Assembly: GCA_965649115.1 (NCBI GenBank)
Contig: CBFGJN010000010.1
Coordinates: 1-43,683 of the forward strand
Length of the DNA: 43,683 bases
Reading direction: 5' to 3'
Source of the DNA: a candidate division WOR-3 bacterium
GTDB lineage: Bacteria > Hydrothermota > Hydrothermia > LBFQ01 > DSFT01
In this document: in pieces, positions 20,208 to 30,172 of the stretch
How positions within the stretch are numbered: position 1 is the first letter of the stretch
Layout of the letters: each line of letters opens with the position of its first letter
Program-made: the position numbers and the translations under genes
The notes under the pieces: model-generated
What the model saw: only the letters and a program-made list of their open reading frames with translations
Database searches by the model: none
What the model was told of the DNA's origin: nothing

Positions 20208-21713
20208 TTAATCAATTAAAACTTTTATAACTTTATTTTTAATTTTTAAGAAATAAATACCACTCTGCTCTAAGCGAATAAAATCACTAACACCTTTTTT
20301 AAACAAAGAACCATCAATTTTATAAATTGAATAATCAACAATTTTATTAAATTTAATAGTTTTGTTTAAAATTTCGTACTTAAAATTATCGCTTTCATAA
20401 ACTTCAACAGGTGTAATAGGCTTACAATTATTATCTGAAACATTCGTGGTATTATAATAAACATATAAGCGAGCTGATTGGCCGTTATAAATTCCCGCTA
20501 CAATATCAGGTTTTTTATCAGAATTAACATAACCCACATCAAGTCCATAAATTCCATAAGGACCATTATTACTTTCAATTATACGAACTTGCCAGTTATT
20601 ATTTCCAAGATTTTCAAGCCATCCAAGACCATTATTTGGAACAGGGACATCTGTATATCTTGTTGAATCATATTTAAGGCCAGAAGCCCAAACAATATCA
20701 TTATCACCATCACAATCAATATCTGCTATTTTTAATTCACAAGTTCCAAATTTAACATTAGGTAATAAAACATTAACACTCTGAAAATTCAAAGGATTTC
20801 CGCCTTGATTCATTCTTATTGAAATCAAAGCACTATCATTCCCAAATGATGTACAACTAACTATATCAGGCCTATTGTCATTATTTAAATCTCCTACTGC
20901 TACACCATGATAGTAATAATCAATTGTTAATGAATACTTGTTTGACCAACCATTACCCAAATTTAATCTATAATAAACCGAACCTTGACGAACATAATTT
21001 CCCCTTGAACAAACAAAATCAATTCTTCCATCATTATTTAAATCAGCCAATGAAAGTCCCTCATCACAAGCATAATCTAAATTTACAAGACTATCAACTC
21101 TAACAAGTGTATTTGAAACATAATTATATTTAAACAAAGAATAACCTTCATCTGTAAAGTAAATATCACTACCATAAGCGCTTATATGATTTGGAAAAGT
21201 AAATCTATTATTAGTTATAGTATAATCGCTAAAATTACCATTGCCATTATTAATTAATATATTTAGTGTTCTACTTAAAGCTGAAACGTTTGCTATATCT
21301 ATTTTACCATCATTATTGAAGTCTCCAAGTGTTAAACCATAAGGTAAATATCTTGACTGGCTACCAACAGGCACACAATTGAAATTACCAAGTGATGTTT
21401 GATAAGCTATTCTCACAACTCCAAAAGCATTATTATTACTATCAGCTGTTATAAAAACAATATCATTTAGTCCATTATTATCAATATCTCTTATAAGACC
21501 TTTATCGTTTATTAAAGTGACAAACTTATTGCCAGGAATGAATGGTGATGAACATATTTGAACTTTGTTAAATGTTGCATTTCCATAAACAATAGGAGCA
21601 AGGACAATATCTTCTATCTTTTGAATTTCAGCAACTTTTCTACTATCAATAGCTAATCTAACTATCTTATCATAAAATGGTGAGTCACCTAAGAAACCTA
21701 AAATCCAAAACAT
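20208..21713 (-). CDS. FG-GAP/VCBS repeat protein with T9SS-type CTD
   Basis: DFNNDGKIDI, DLNNDGRIDF, DIDCDGDNDI; IYKIDGSL...GIYFLK. Confidence 0.88.
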   Translation of the reverse strand: MFWILGFLGDSPFYDKIVRLAIDSRKVAEIQKIEDIVLAPIVYGNATFNKVQICSSPFIPGNKFVTLINDKGLIRDIDNNGLNDIVFITADSNNNAFGVVRIAYQTSLGNFNCVPVGSQSRYLPYGLTLGDFNNDGKIDIANVSALSRTLNILINNGNGNFSDYTITNNRFTFPNHISAYGSDIYFTDEGYSLFKYNYVSNTLVRVDSLVNLDYACDEGLSLADLNNDGRIDFVCSRGNYVRQGSVYYRLNLGNGWSNKYSLTIDYYYHGVAVGDLNNDNRPDIVSCTSFGNDSALISIRMNQGGNPLNFQSVNVLLPNVKFGTCELKIADIDCDGDNDIVWASGLKYDSTRYTDVPVPNNGLGWLENLGNNNWQVRIIESNNGPYGIYGLDVGYVNSDKKPDIVAGIYNGQSARLYVYYNTTNVSDNNCKPITPVEVYESDNFKYEILNKTIKFNKIVDYSIYKIDGSLFKKGVSDFIRLEQSGIYFLKIKNKVIKVLID

Positions 21714-21717
21714 ATTC

Positions 21718-23235
21718 TCACCTCCTTATAACAAAAGCCTTTTCAAAAACTGCTGTATTATTATATACTTTCAATAAATATGCTCCCGAAGGTAAGTTGA
21801 ACTGAGTTTTTAAGGATTTTATTGTTCCATCTAAAATTTTTACACCCTGTAAATTGTAAATATCAAATTTTGAATTTAACAGTGAGTTTGAAACTATTAA
21901 ATTTCCTTTAATATCTAATATAATTTTCAAATTTTTATTTTCAAAATTACTTACAGGTGTAACCCCACAATTACCTCCACTTATATTATAAAAAACTCTA
22001 AAAAATGCTAATTCCATTAACCCAACATTTGAAGCACTTAGTACAATATCAGGTCTATTGTCATTATTCAATAATCCTACATTTAGTCCATAATTGCTAT
22101 AATTCTTACTATCAATAATATAATTTGTCCATCCTCCACCACCAATTGTGGGATTATTTATCCAGCCTGCTGAAGGACCTGCATTAGTATAACCTTCTTT
22201 TTTACCCATTCCTCTTATCCAAACAATATCATTATCGCCATCACAATCTAAATCATATACTTTAACTTCGGACGCTTGAAGGTTAGAACCAACGGAGATA
22301 CTTGCTAATAGCGAAAATGTAGGGGGATTACCACCGTTATTTTTATAAACTAAAATAGCATCATTTTGATCATCAGTTATTACAACATCTAATTTACCAT
22401 CATTATCCATATCTGCAACAGCAACACTATGATAATAACCAGGTGTTGTAGTGATATTATATAAACCACTCCAATTAGAGCCTTGTCTAAGCTGAAAAAC
22501 AACATTTCCTGGACCTCTAAAATATCCCTTTGAACAAACAATATCCAATTTACCATCATTGTTTAAATCACCAATTGCTAATCCTTCTGCACAATAATTA
22601 TTTATTTTTGAACTTGAAACACCATTATAAAAATGAACACCTTGATTTGAACCATCACTTTTACCCTCATCTGTAAAAACAATTTCATTTGATGATAAAA
22701 CCGCAATATGATTTATATAATAAAATGTATCACTTATGGTTGAATTATATAACATTTGTTCAGAAAAGTTTTGATTACCATTATTTATAATTTCTCTTAA
22801 TTCTCCACCACCTGAAACCACATAAGCAATATCAATTTTTCCATCATTATTAAAATCATAAGAAGTAATACCATAAGGATTAGAACCATATAATGTATTT
22901 ATTTGTTTTAGGGAGAAATTAAGAGCTGAATTTTGAAAACAAATAGCAACCATTCCAAATCCAGAAACATCGTACTGATAAACACCAGCTATATCATTAT
23001 ATCCATTATTATCAAAGTCTTTAATTAAACTATTAGTAGGAGCTACCAACTTTGTCATATAAGAATATGTTGAACTTATACATACCGAGTCTTCATAGAA
23101 TGTAAGAGGACCTGCTTGGATAAATTTTGAAGAACTATCATTTTTGAGTATCTCATAAGCCTTATTTTCTATATTCTTTTGAAAAAGTGATGTTTGATAA
23201 GGTGTCCAAATTTGGCTTATTAAAAACAAAAACAT
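21718..23235 (-). CDS. FG-GAP/VCBS repeat protein with T9SS-type CTD (paralog of 20208-21713)
   Basis: DFNNDGKIDI, DMDNDGKLDV, DLDCDGDNDIVW; IYNLQGVKI...LPSGAYLLKV. Confidence 0.88.
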   Translation of the reverse strand: MFLFLISQIWTPYQTSLFQKNIENKAYEILKNDSSSKFIQAGPLTFYEDSVCISSTYSYMTKLVAPTNSLIKDFDNNGYNDIAGVYQYDVSGFGMVAICFQNSALNFSLKQINTLYGSNPYGITSYDFNNDGKIDIAYVVSGGGELREIINNGNQNFSEQMLYNSTISDTFYYINHIAVLSSNEIVFTDEGKSDGSNQGVHFYNGVSSSKINNYCAEGLAIGDLNNDGKLDIVCSKGYFRGPGNVVFQLRQGSNWSGLYNITTTPGYYHSVAVADMDNDGKLDVVITDDQNDAILVYKNNGGNPPTFSLLASISVGSNLQASEVKVYDLDCDGDNDIVWIRGMGKKEGYTNAGPSAGWINNPTIGGGGWTNYIIDSKNYSNYGLNVGLLNNDNRPDIVLSASNVGLMELAFFRVFYNISGGNCGVTPVSNFENKNLKIILDIKGNLIVSNSLLNSKFDIYNLQGVKILDGTIKSLKTQFNLPSGAYLLKVYNNTAVFEKAFVIRR

Positions 23236-23239
23236 ATTC

Positions 23240-24895
23240 TCACCCCCTTATAAGAATTTTTCTTTTTATGGTTTTGTTCTCATATTCAAGCCTTAAAATG
23301 TAAAAACCCTCTCTTAAAGACAATTCAAAATTGTTTTGATTAAACTCATTTCTATAAATAAGTGTTCCATCAATTTTATAAATAGTTAAAACTTTCAATG
23401 ATTTTATTTTTGAATTGATTTTCAAAATTTTTCCTTGATTAATAATACTAATTTCACAATCTTGGTAATTTTCAGAATCACTCAAAGGTGTTAATAAACC
23501 GCAAGCAACCTTTTTTGAAACATTAACATTTAATGAAGTGTAATTTACATTAGAAACTAAAACTGGAACATTAGTATATAAATTCCAATTATTTCCATTT
23601 GATAATGTTATACTTTGATTTACATCTGGAATAAAAGTTCTCCAATAACAAGTATCTTGAATACCACTATCTGCTGCCAAAACCCCATCCCAATTACCAT
23701 TTGAAAAATTAGTGTTATTAATCCAACCAACTGCATAAGCAATACCACCCTTTACCGTTATTCCCCTTCCCTCTCCCGTTATTGGAAGCAAATATCTAAT
23801 ACTTATCAAAGAACAATTAGATTTATTAATTTTTGCATAAAATAAATTCCCATAAACTAAACTATTGTCATAATTCAAACCACCAGTAATATAATAATAA
23901 CTTGAACCCTCTTCCACATCAATACCAAAATCATGATTAAGACTACCAAATCGCCTAGCACAAACCAAATTACCGTTTTGGTCAATTTTTAAGAAAAGAA
24001 TATCAGAATTTGAAGCACCTCCATCTATATGTTCCGCTACAATAATACTACCATCTGATGCTAATTTCGCCCATGTTAAACGATTTACACTTCTATTTCT
24101 ATTATAAACCTTTTGCCAAATTAAGTTTCCATTATTTATATTAAACTTTCCAATCCATATATTATTATTTGAAGCTCCAAAAGCAATGATATTTCCATCA
24201 CTACTTTGAAGAACACTATTAATTCCTCTATAAGCAAGAACATTATCCATCGTATCACCTACTGCTCTAATCCAAGTTAAATTTAAGTTTTGGTCAAGTT
24301 TTGCTACAAATCCTTGTGTTGTTGAAATCCAAGCATTATTATAAAACCTTTCATATTGGATTTCACCTCCAATTACAAATCCATTATCAGTTGTCCTTTT
24401 TATACTAAGAATTCTTAACCAATTATTTATAGTTGGATCTCCCCAATTATCATGAAATCTTTTTGCAGTTATAAATGAACCATCGCTGTTATTTAGCTTT
24501 ATTATAAAACCTTCATTTGTCGCACTTGGTAAATTAGTACAAAAATTATAAGAACCACCATCAGGAGTACATGAAATTCCTACAATTACGATATTGCCAT
24601 TATCATCATAATCAAATCTATAAGACCAATCATTCAAATTTGGAACACCAATGACCCGTTCCCATAAGCTTGAACCATAAGGATTTGTTTTAATAATAAT
24701 GAAATCCGAACCCGAAGAATTATCTATTTTATAACTGCCACTTGTTAAGAAGTTGAAAATAATGGAATTACCAGGTGCATAAAAATCAACCCTTTCAAGA
24801 TAATCTAAATTAGAACCTCCATAGGTCCTAAGTCCTGACCAAGCCTGAGCATTCAAAACTCCAAAGAAAAATAAAATCAGATAAAAGCTCCTCAT
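23240..24895 (-). CDS. Secreted beta-propeller protein with T9SS-type CTD
   Basis: Normal signal peptide (MRSF...LNA), TYGG/KLD..G repeats, IYKIDGTLI...GFYILRL. Confidence 0.85.
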   Translation of the reverse strand: MRSFYLILFFFGVLNAQAWSGLRTYGGSNLDYLERVDFYAPGNSIIFNFLTSGSYKIDNSSGSDFIIIKTNPYGSSLWERVIGVPNLNDWSYRFDYDDNGNIVIVGISCTPDGGSYNFCTNLPSATNEGFIIKLNNSDGSFITAKRFHDNWGDPTINNWLRILSIKRTTDNGFVIGGEIQYERFYNNAWISTTQGFVAKLDQNLNLTWIRAVGDTMDNVLAYRGINSVLQSSDGNIIAFGASNNNIWIGKFNINNGNLIWQKVYNRNRSVNRLTWAKLASDGSIIVAEHIDGGASNSDILFLKIDQNGNLVCARRFGSLNHDFGIDVEEGSSYYYITGGLNYDNSLVYGNLFYAKINKSNCSLISIRYLLPITGEGRGITVKGGIAYAVGWINNTNFSNGNWDGVLAADSGIQDTCYWRTFIPDVNQSITLSNGNNWNLYTNVPVLVSNVNYTSLNVNVSKKVACGLLTPLSDSENYQDCEISIINQGKILKINSKIKSLKVLTIYKIDGTLIYRNEFNQNNFELSLREGFYILRLEYENKTIKRKILIRG

Positions 24896-24987
24896 ATTTT
24901 TACCTCCTTTTTATACTTTCCCGACCCAAAAGGGTCGGGAGGGGGGAGGTGAGAGTACGTTATTTTTTTAACGCCATCTGGAAACAT
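24892..24987 (-). CDS. Putative 31-aa leader peptide (not in ORF track)
   Basis: Strong SD AAAGGAGGTGA; MFPDGVKKITYSHLPPPDPFGSGKYKKEVKI*; its TGA overlaps the ATG of the next gene. Confidence 0.55.
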   Translation of the reverse strand: MFPDGVKKITYSHLPPPDPFGSGKYKKEVKI

Positions 24988-25000
24988 ATTCTCACCTCCT
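24900..25000 (-). promoter_or_regulatory. Structured 5' leader: perfect 9-bp GC hairpin and anti-SD segment
   Basis: TCCCGACCC-N4-GGGTCGGGA at 24919-24940; 24945-24961 is complementary to 24983-24999. Confidence 0.65.
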
Positions 25001-25140
25001 TTTCAAAGTTAATCATATAGTATATAAATTATAACTTTCACTTTGATAAAAACTTATTAATTTTTAGCTGAAAGAAAGATAAATTTTTAAAAATTTTTAA
25101 AAATTTTTAAATTAGCTTTATAATTTTCAAACTAAGTAAA

Positions 25141-26919
25141 ATGAAAAATTGTGCCAATAGAAAAGATATTCTTTTAAAGTACAAAATCTACAAGGCATTA
25201 AAAAATAGAATTCCAATTTCAAAAATTTCCAAAATTTATAAAGTTAGCACAAAAACAATAATTGAAATAAAGAAAAATGGATTTTACAAGATTGACAAGA
25301 TAAAACTAATGATAAATGAAATTTTAGAAAAGGAGCCAAAGCTAACACTTTCACAAATAAGACAATTGATAAAACAAAAATATAATATAAATTTATCAAT
25401 ATCAGCAATTCACTATAAACTATCAAAAACGTTGGATAAAAAACTTGTTAAAATTGTGGAACTACTTATTGAAGATGAAGAATATGATGAAGCAGTTAAA
25501 ATTTTATCCCAATTTTTGTACTTATCAGTTGAAAACTTCTACTTATTAGAAAAAATTGAAGATAATTTGTTAAATTATTCATTATTAGCAGATAAGTACT
25601 ACCACCTTCTTTATTCAGGAAAACTTCAAGTTAATGAAAAAATTTTAGAAATGTGTGAAAAATATATGGAAATTTGTAAAAAAAGACAATTGAATTATAG
25701 TTATTACAAGTGGTTAAATCTAAAATTAAGAATTTTACAAGCTCTTGGAGAATACGAGGAAGTTATTAAAAATTTCAATTATAGCGAAATTATTAAACTT
25801 CCATTTAATTTAAAATCTTTCATATTAGCAGTTGTTTGTTCCTGTGGAATTATCTTAAATAATAAAAATGGAATAAAATGTTTAAATTTCTTTAAAAGAA
25901 GGTTTAAAAGTAAGAGAAATCAAATTAAGGAAATAAGTGAGGATTATAAAAGTTTTTTAATGAACCAATATGTTAGTCTTGGAATGCCAAAAATTGCTTA
26001 TCAATATAAAAAATCACCAATTTTAGATGTTTTTATGGGAAATTATAGAAAGTTCTTTAAAATTTACCATACTTTAACCATTGAAATGAAAATTCCAAGC
26101 CAAATTTTAATTAGCTGGTGTTATTTATTTACAAAAAATTTTCTTCTATTTCTAAAAATGGCAAATAAAATACAAAAGAATTTAGAAAAATTTCCATCAT
26201 ATAGAGACAATTTTATTATGACATTAGCATTAAAAGAAATAATATGGGGAAATTATGAAAATGCTAAAAAACTATTAAGCTCTTCTTCACTAAATGCCTT
26301 AAAAGCAATTGCTGAGAATAATCCAAATATTCTTGGAAAATATAGGAAGTATGAATTATTAGCAAAAAATTTAATTAAAGGGAATATAAGAAGGGCAGTT
26401 GAAATAGCAAGAAGATATGGAATTATAACTCATTTAAGAATATATACACTTTTTACAAAAAGATCACCAAAAGTTATTGGAAAATATAAAGAATTAAAAA
26501 TTGTTTCTTATATTTTAAGGAATAGACCAAGACTTTTAAAATTTTACTTTTTAAGAAAAAAACCAATTATAAAAATTGAAAATAAATTAATTAAATCATC
26601 GGGAAGAGAAAACGATCTTTTTGCCCTTCTTTATTATATGGTTCTTGAAAAATCAAATTCAAAAACAGCCAATATATATGAACTTGAAAGGGAAGGCTTC
26701 AAAAACCCCATTTCAAAGGTATATAATATAAATAGAAAAATTGGATATAAAGTTCTTTTTGTTCGCAATAATTATATTTATTTAAATGCTAATGTTTGGA
26801 CGGATATTGACGAATTTTTAAAAACAAAGAATGAAAAATTATATAAATGCTATCCATTTGATAAGTTATCATTTAAATATAGATGGGCTGACTTTTATAG
26901 AGATTTAATAATTATCTAA
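25141..26919 (+). CDS. Putative transcriptional regulator (N-terminal tandem HTH, helical/TPR-like middle, C-terminal winged-helix/BTAD-like region)
   Basis: ISKISKIYKVSTKTI and LTLSQIRQLIKQKYNINLSISAIHYKL HTH-like segments; C-terminal YIYLNANVWTDIDEF; divergent from the T9SS operon. Confidence 0.6.
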   Translation: MKNCANRKDILLKYKIYKALKNRIPISKISKIYKVSTKTIIEIKKNGFYKIDKIKLMINEILEKEPKLTLSQIRQLIKQKYNINLSISAIHYKLSKTLDKKLVKIVELLIEDEEYDEAVKILSQFLYLSVENFYLLEKIEDNLLNYSLLADKYYHLLYSGKLQVNEKILEMCEKYMEICKKRQLNYSYYKWLNLKLRILQALGEYEEVIKNFNYSEIIKLPFNLKSFILAVVCSCGIILNNKNGIKCLNFFKRRFKSKRNQIKEISEDYKSFLMNQYVSLGMPKIAYQYKKSPILDVFMGNYRKFFKIYHTLTIEMKIPSQILISWCYLFTKNFLLFLKMANKIQKNLEKFPSYRDNFIMTLALKEIIWGNYENAKKLLSSSSLNALKAIAENNPNILGKYRKYELLAKNLIKGNIRRAVEIARRYGIITHLRIYTLFTKRSPKVIGKYKELKIVSYILRNRPRLLKFYFLRKKPIIKIENKLIKSSGRENDLFALLYYMVLEKSNSKTANIYELEREGFKNPISKVYNINRKIGYKVLFVRNNYIYLNANVWTDIDEFLKTKNEKLYKCYPFDKLSFKYRWADFYRDLIII

Positions 26920-28009
26920 TTTTTAAAGTAGCAAGTGCTATAATACTAAAAATTGTTGAAATTATTAAAAATCTTGAAACGATTTTAGGTTCTTGCCAAC
27001 CAATTTCTTCAAAATGATGATGAAGTGGAGCTCTTTTAAAAATTCTTTTGCCTTGACCATATTTTCTTTTAGTCCATTTAAAATAACTAACTTGAATAAT
27101 AACTGATAATGCTTCAATTACAAATAATCCTCCCGCTATTGCTAATAAAATCTCTTGCTTTATTAAAATTGCTATAATTCCAAAAGCTCCTCCTAACATT
27201 TGAGAACCTGTATCTCCCATAAAAATTTCAGCAGGATAACTATTGTACCAAAGAAAACCAAGTAATGCCCCAATTATAGAACTACAAATAATTGTAAGCT
27301 CACCTGCTTGTGGAATATGTAATATATTAAGATATTTTGAGAGAACAATATGACTTGTAATATAAGCAATAATTAAAAAGGTAAGAAGTGGTGGAATTGA
27401 ACAAGAACCTGCAAGACCATCAAGACCATCTGTTAAATTTAAAGCATTAGCAGTTCCAACAAAAACAAAAAATATAAAAATTGGATAAAAAATTGAAAAA
27501 TTAATGAAAATGTTTTTAAAAAATAGGAATTGTGTTTTTGTAGCAATTTGAGGTGGATAATAAAAAATAATAAAAATAAAAATAATAATTGCCAAAATTG
27601 ATTGTAATAAAAGCTTAGGTAAGACTTTAAGTCCATCAACCTTAGTTTTAGAAGTCATTTTTTTATAATCATCGTAAAATCCTATTAGTGCCATATATGT
27701 TATTGTAAATAGTGAAATCCAAACGAGTGGATTATCGTACCTAACTAATAATAATGAGCTAATTAAAACTGCTAACAACATAATAATTCCGCCTGCTGTT
27801 GGTGTTCCTTCCTTTTTCTTGTGCCAAGATGGAACATCTTCCTTTATCCTTTCTCTGAATTCCTTGAATTTTCTTATAAAAATAGGCGTTAATACAAAAA
27901 CAATTAAAAAAGAAATAATGCCACTCAAAAATGCCCTGAATGTTATATAATTAAAGAGATTAAATAATATAAAATTTTCAGAAAGTGGTGTTAAAAGATG
28001 ATAAAGCAT
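26912..28009 (-). CDS. mraY: Phospho-N-acetylmuramoyl-pentapeptide transferase
   Basis: YITFRA, KEGTPTAGG, GFYDDY, NLTDGLDGL, IFMGDTGS, APLHHHFE. Likely start is MLYHL at 28009, not 28024. Confidence 0.97.
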   Translation of the reverse strand: MLYHLLTPLSENFILFNLFNYITFRAFLSGIISFLIVFVLTPIFIRKFKEFRERIKEDVPSWHKKKEGTPTAGGIIMLLAVLISSLLLVRYDNPLVWISLFTITYMALIGFYDDYKKMTSKTKVDGLKVLPKLLLQSILAIIIFIFIIFYYPPQIATKTQFLFFKNIFINFSIFYPIFIFFVFVGTANALNLTDGLDGLAGSCSIPPLLTFLIIAYITSHIVLSKYLNILHIPQAGELTIICSSIIGALLGFLWYNSYPAEIFMGDTGSQMLGGAFGIIAILIKQEILLAIAGGLFVIEALSVIIQVSYFKWTKRKYGQGKRIFKRAPLHHHFEEIGWQEPKIVSRFLIISTIFSIIALATLKIR

Positions 28010-28010
28010 T

Positions 28011-29183
28011 TCATTCTTTTTCAAGAACTTTATTTATGGAATTTGAAACATGCTTAAAGCCTCTCGTTGTAAAGAAGATAATAGCACTTGAAATAATTAA
28101 AAAAATTGATATTTCAAAATGATAGTTTTTAAGAGGAAAGGTTATTAAGAAAAACAACAAAATTAAAATTGCTTCAATTATATGAAATCTATCATTTAAA
28201 ATAACCATAACAGCAAATAGTGATAAAGAAACAGTTAAAAGCATTTCAATAACTTGGTTACTATCTAATGGAAAAATAGAGATTGAACCAGCACCTACTG
28301 AAAAAGCAATCGGAATAGCAGCAATTAAAAGTGTTAATTGATTTACTTCTGATGAAATTAATGTTCCAATAGCCCAAGAACCATAACCTTTTAGTGCTAA
28401 AATTAAAACAATTACAAACTCAGGACTTTCACTTGCAAATGGAGCTATCCATTGAATTAGAAAAAATTCATCAATACCTAAATTTTTTCCTATTTCTATT
28501 AAACCCTCTGCAAATGGTTTAGCGGAAAGCAAAATTCCTATACCTGCATAAATGAATAAAAATGTATATGTTAAAATTCTTTTTGTTTTTGGAAGATTTG
28601 TAATTAACTTTTGAACATCCCCTTCAAATTCAGGTTCAATATGTTCTTGCTTGCTTGCTAAATAACTATAAACTAAAAAAATCAAAATAAGAATTATAGC
28701 ATCAAAAACTGTAAGACTTGATTTTATTGTAATGAAAAAACCATAAATAGTAGCTATTAAAAGGAAAATTTTTTCTAAATGAATATCAAGTTCTATTTCA
28801 TAAATTCTTCGTTTAAGTCTTGATAAAACAAAAACAAGAACAACAATAGGCCAAAATGCTCCAACCAATAATCTATTAGCACCCGTCATATTAGCAAGAG
28901 CATAGTGAGCGTATTGAGGGTCTTTACCTCCTTGATATGCTAAGTATATATCAACGGCATATTCAGGAAGTATTGCAACTAATGCTAAAAAAATCGTAGC
29001 AAAACTTCTTGGAATATCCTTTTGAGCAGTTTCAAAAGCCATTGAAAGAATAAATCCAGATGATATAATTGCTATACCTGACAATAATGTTAATAAATAA
29101 ACATTTAAATTCAAACCCAAAATTTTTACAATAATTATTTGTAAAACTCCTAAAATGAAAATCAAAAACAATGGGAAATTCAT
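28011..29183 (-). CDS. Sodium:calcium (CaCA family) antiporter
   Basis: Alpha repeats AILPEYAV...ANMTGAN and ASESPEF; many TM helices. Confidence 0.88.
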   Translation of the reverse strand: MNFPLFLIFILGVLQIIIVKILGLNLNVYLLTLLSGIAIISSGFILSMAFETAQKDIPRSFATIFLALVAILPEYAVDIYLAYQGGKDPQYAHYALANMTGANRLLVGAFWPIVVLVFVLSRLKRRIYEIELDIHLEKIFLLIATIYGFFITIKSSLTVFDAIILILIFLVYSYLASKQEHIEPEFEGDVQKLITNLPKTKRILTYTFLFIYAGIGILLSAKPFAEGLIEIGKNLGIDEFFLIQWIAPFASESPEFVIVLILALKGYGSWAIGTLISSEVNQLTLLIAAIPIAFSVGAGSISIFPLDSNQVIEMLLTVSLSLFAVMVILNDRFHIIEAILILLFFLITFPLKNYHFEISIFLIISSAIIFFTTRGFKHVSNSINKVLEKE

Positions 29184-29213
29184 AAGGTCAAAAAGTTTAA
29201 AGCATAAGTTTAT

Positions 29214-29330
29214 TGCTGTGTATAATAATTCGGCTTCCTGACACCCCCTTTAATAAATCCCCTATATTTTGCCTTTGTATAGTAATTAAGCCTTTCCGCT
29301 TAAAAATGCCTATATTTTTGCTCCCCAATT
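29214..29330 (+). repeat. Degenerate MITE remnants
   Basis: TGCTGTGTATAATAATTC, second left-end-like GCCTTTGTATAGTAATT, AAGCC...GCTTAAAAATGCC. Confidence 0.7.
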
Positions 29331-29373
29331 TGTTATCAATCAATCATTTTTTATAATTAAAGCATTTTACTTT

Positions 29374-30171
29374 TTACTTAATGTACTTTGTCTTTAATGC
29401 TTGATATAATGAATCCATAAATTTTTGCTGTTCTCTTAAAAGAAAAATTTGGAATAAAGCCTGTTTTATTTGAGAGCTTTTAGGATTATCGTCTTTTATA
29501 TCAATAACTTTAATATAACTCAAAGCATTTTGTAATTTATATGGGCCTAGGACATCATTTCTTTGAGCTTTCATCAATGAATTTATAACACTATCTGAAA
29601 AATCAAAACTTGCTATTCCTAAATTCATAGAAATAGGTTGAGCAGTTATAATTCCCTTTTTTGCCATATCATCAAGTTTCTTGCCTGCAATAGGAGTTCT
29701 ATTTAAATCCATTAATAAATCTTTAATTTCTGATTTGAGTGTTGTATCAAAAAATTGAACGATAATTACATCCGCTTTTTTTGAAAATTTAGAAACATTA
29801 GAATTTATATAATTTTCTATTTCAGTTTCACTTGGCATCCTATTACCAAACTTTGCTCTTAAAAATTCCTGCGCTATTATACTTCTTTTAATCCATTCAA
29901 TTTTTAAATTTAAATTACTATTCGTATCAAATTTTTCATCTTTTGCAGCCAAATAAAAAACTGCTGTTTTTATAAGTTCATCTTTTAGAGTTTCTCTCTG
30001 ATCTTTTGTTAGCTCAATGCCGGGAAAATTTTCAAGACCAATTTCTAAATCCCTATTTGTAATTTTTATATCTCCAACCTTAGCAATAACATTCTCATTT
30101 TCTTTTTTTTGATTTTCTACTTTTTTACACGCAAAAAACAAAATCACCCCTAGAATTAACAATCTTTTCAT
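29374..30171 (-). CDS. PrsA/SurA-like peptidylprolyl isomerase-family lipoprotein
   Basis: Lipobox LFFAC; VIAKVGDIKIT; SETEIENY; degenerate rotamase region. Confidence 0.7.
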   Translation of the reverse strand: MKRLLILGVILFFACKKVENQKKENENVIAKVGDIKITNRDLEIGLENFPGIELTKDQRETLKDELIKTAVFYLAAKDEKFDTNSNLNLKIEWIKRSIIAQEFLRAKFGNRMPSETEIENYINSNVSKFSKKADVIIVQFFDTTLKSEIKDLLMDLNRTPIAGKKLDDMAKKGIITAQPISMNLGIASFDFSDSVINSLMKAQRNDVLGPYKLQNALSYIKVIDIKDDNPKSSQIKQALFQIFLLREQQKFMDSLYQALKTKYIK

Positions 30172-30172
30172 T

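Noticed and set aside
24919..24940. Intrinsic terminator
   Set aside because: No U-tract follows the hairpin on either strand; treated as part of the leader structure.
25141..26919. Transposase that mobilises the MITE
   Set aside because: No DDE catalytic region recognisable and no flanking inverted repeats.
28010..28024. mraY start at 28024
   Set aside because: It overlaps the antiporter gene; MLYHL at 28009 matches typical MraY N-termini.
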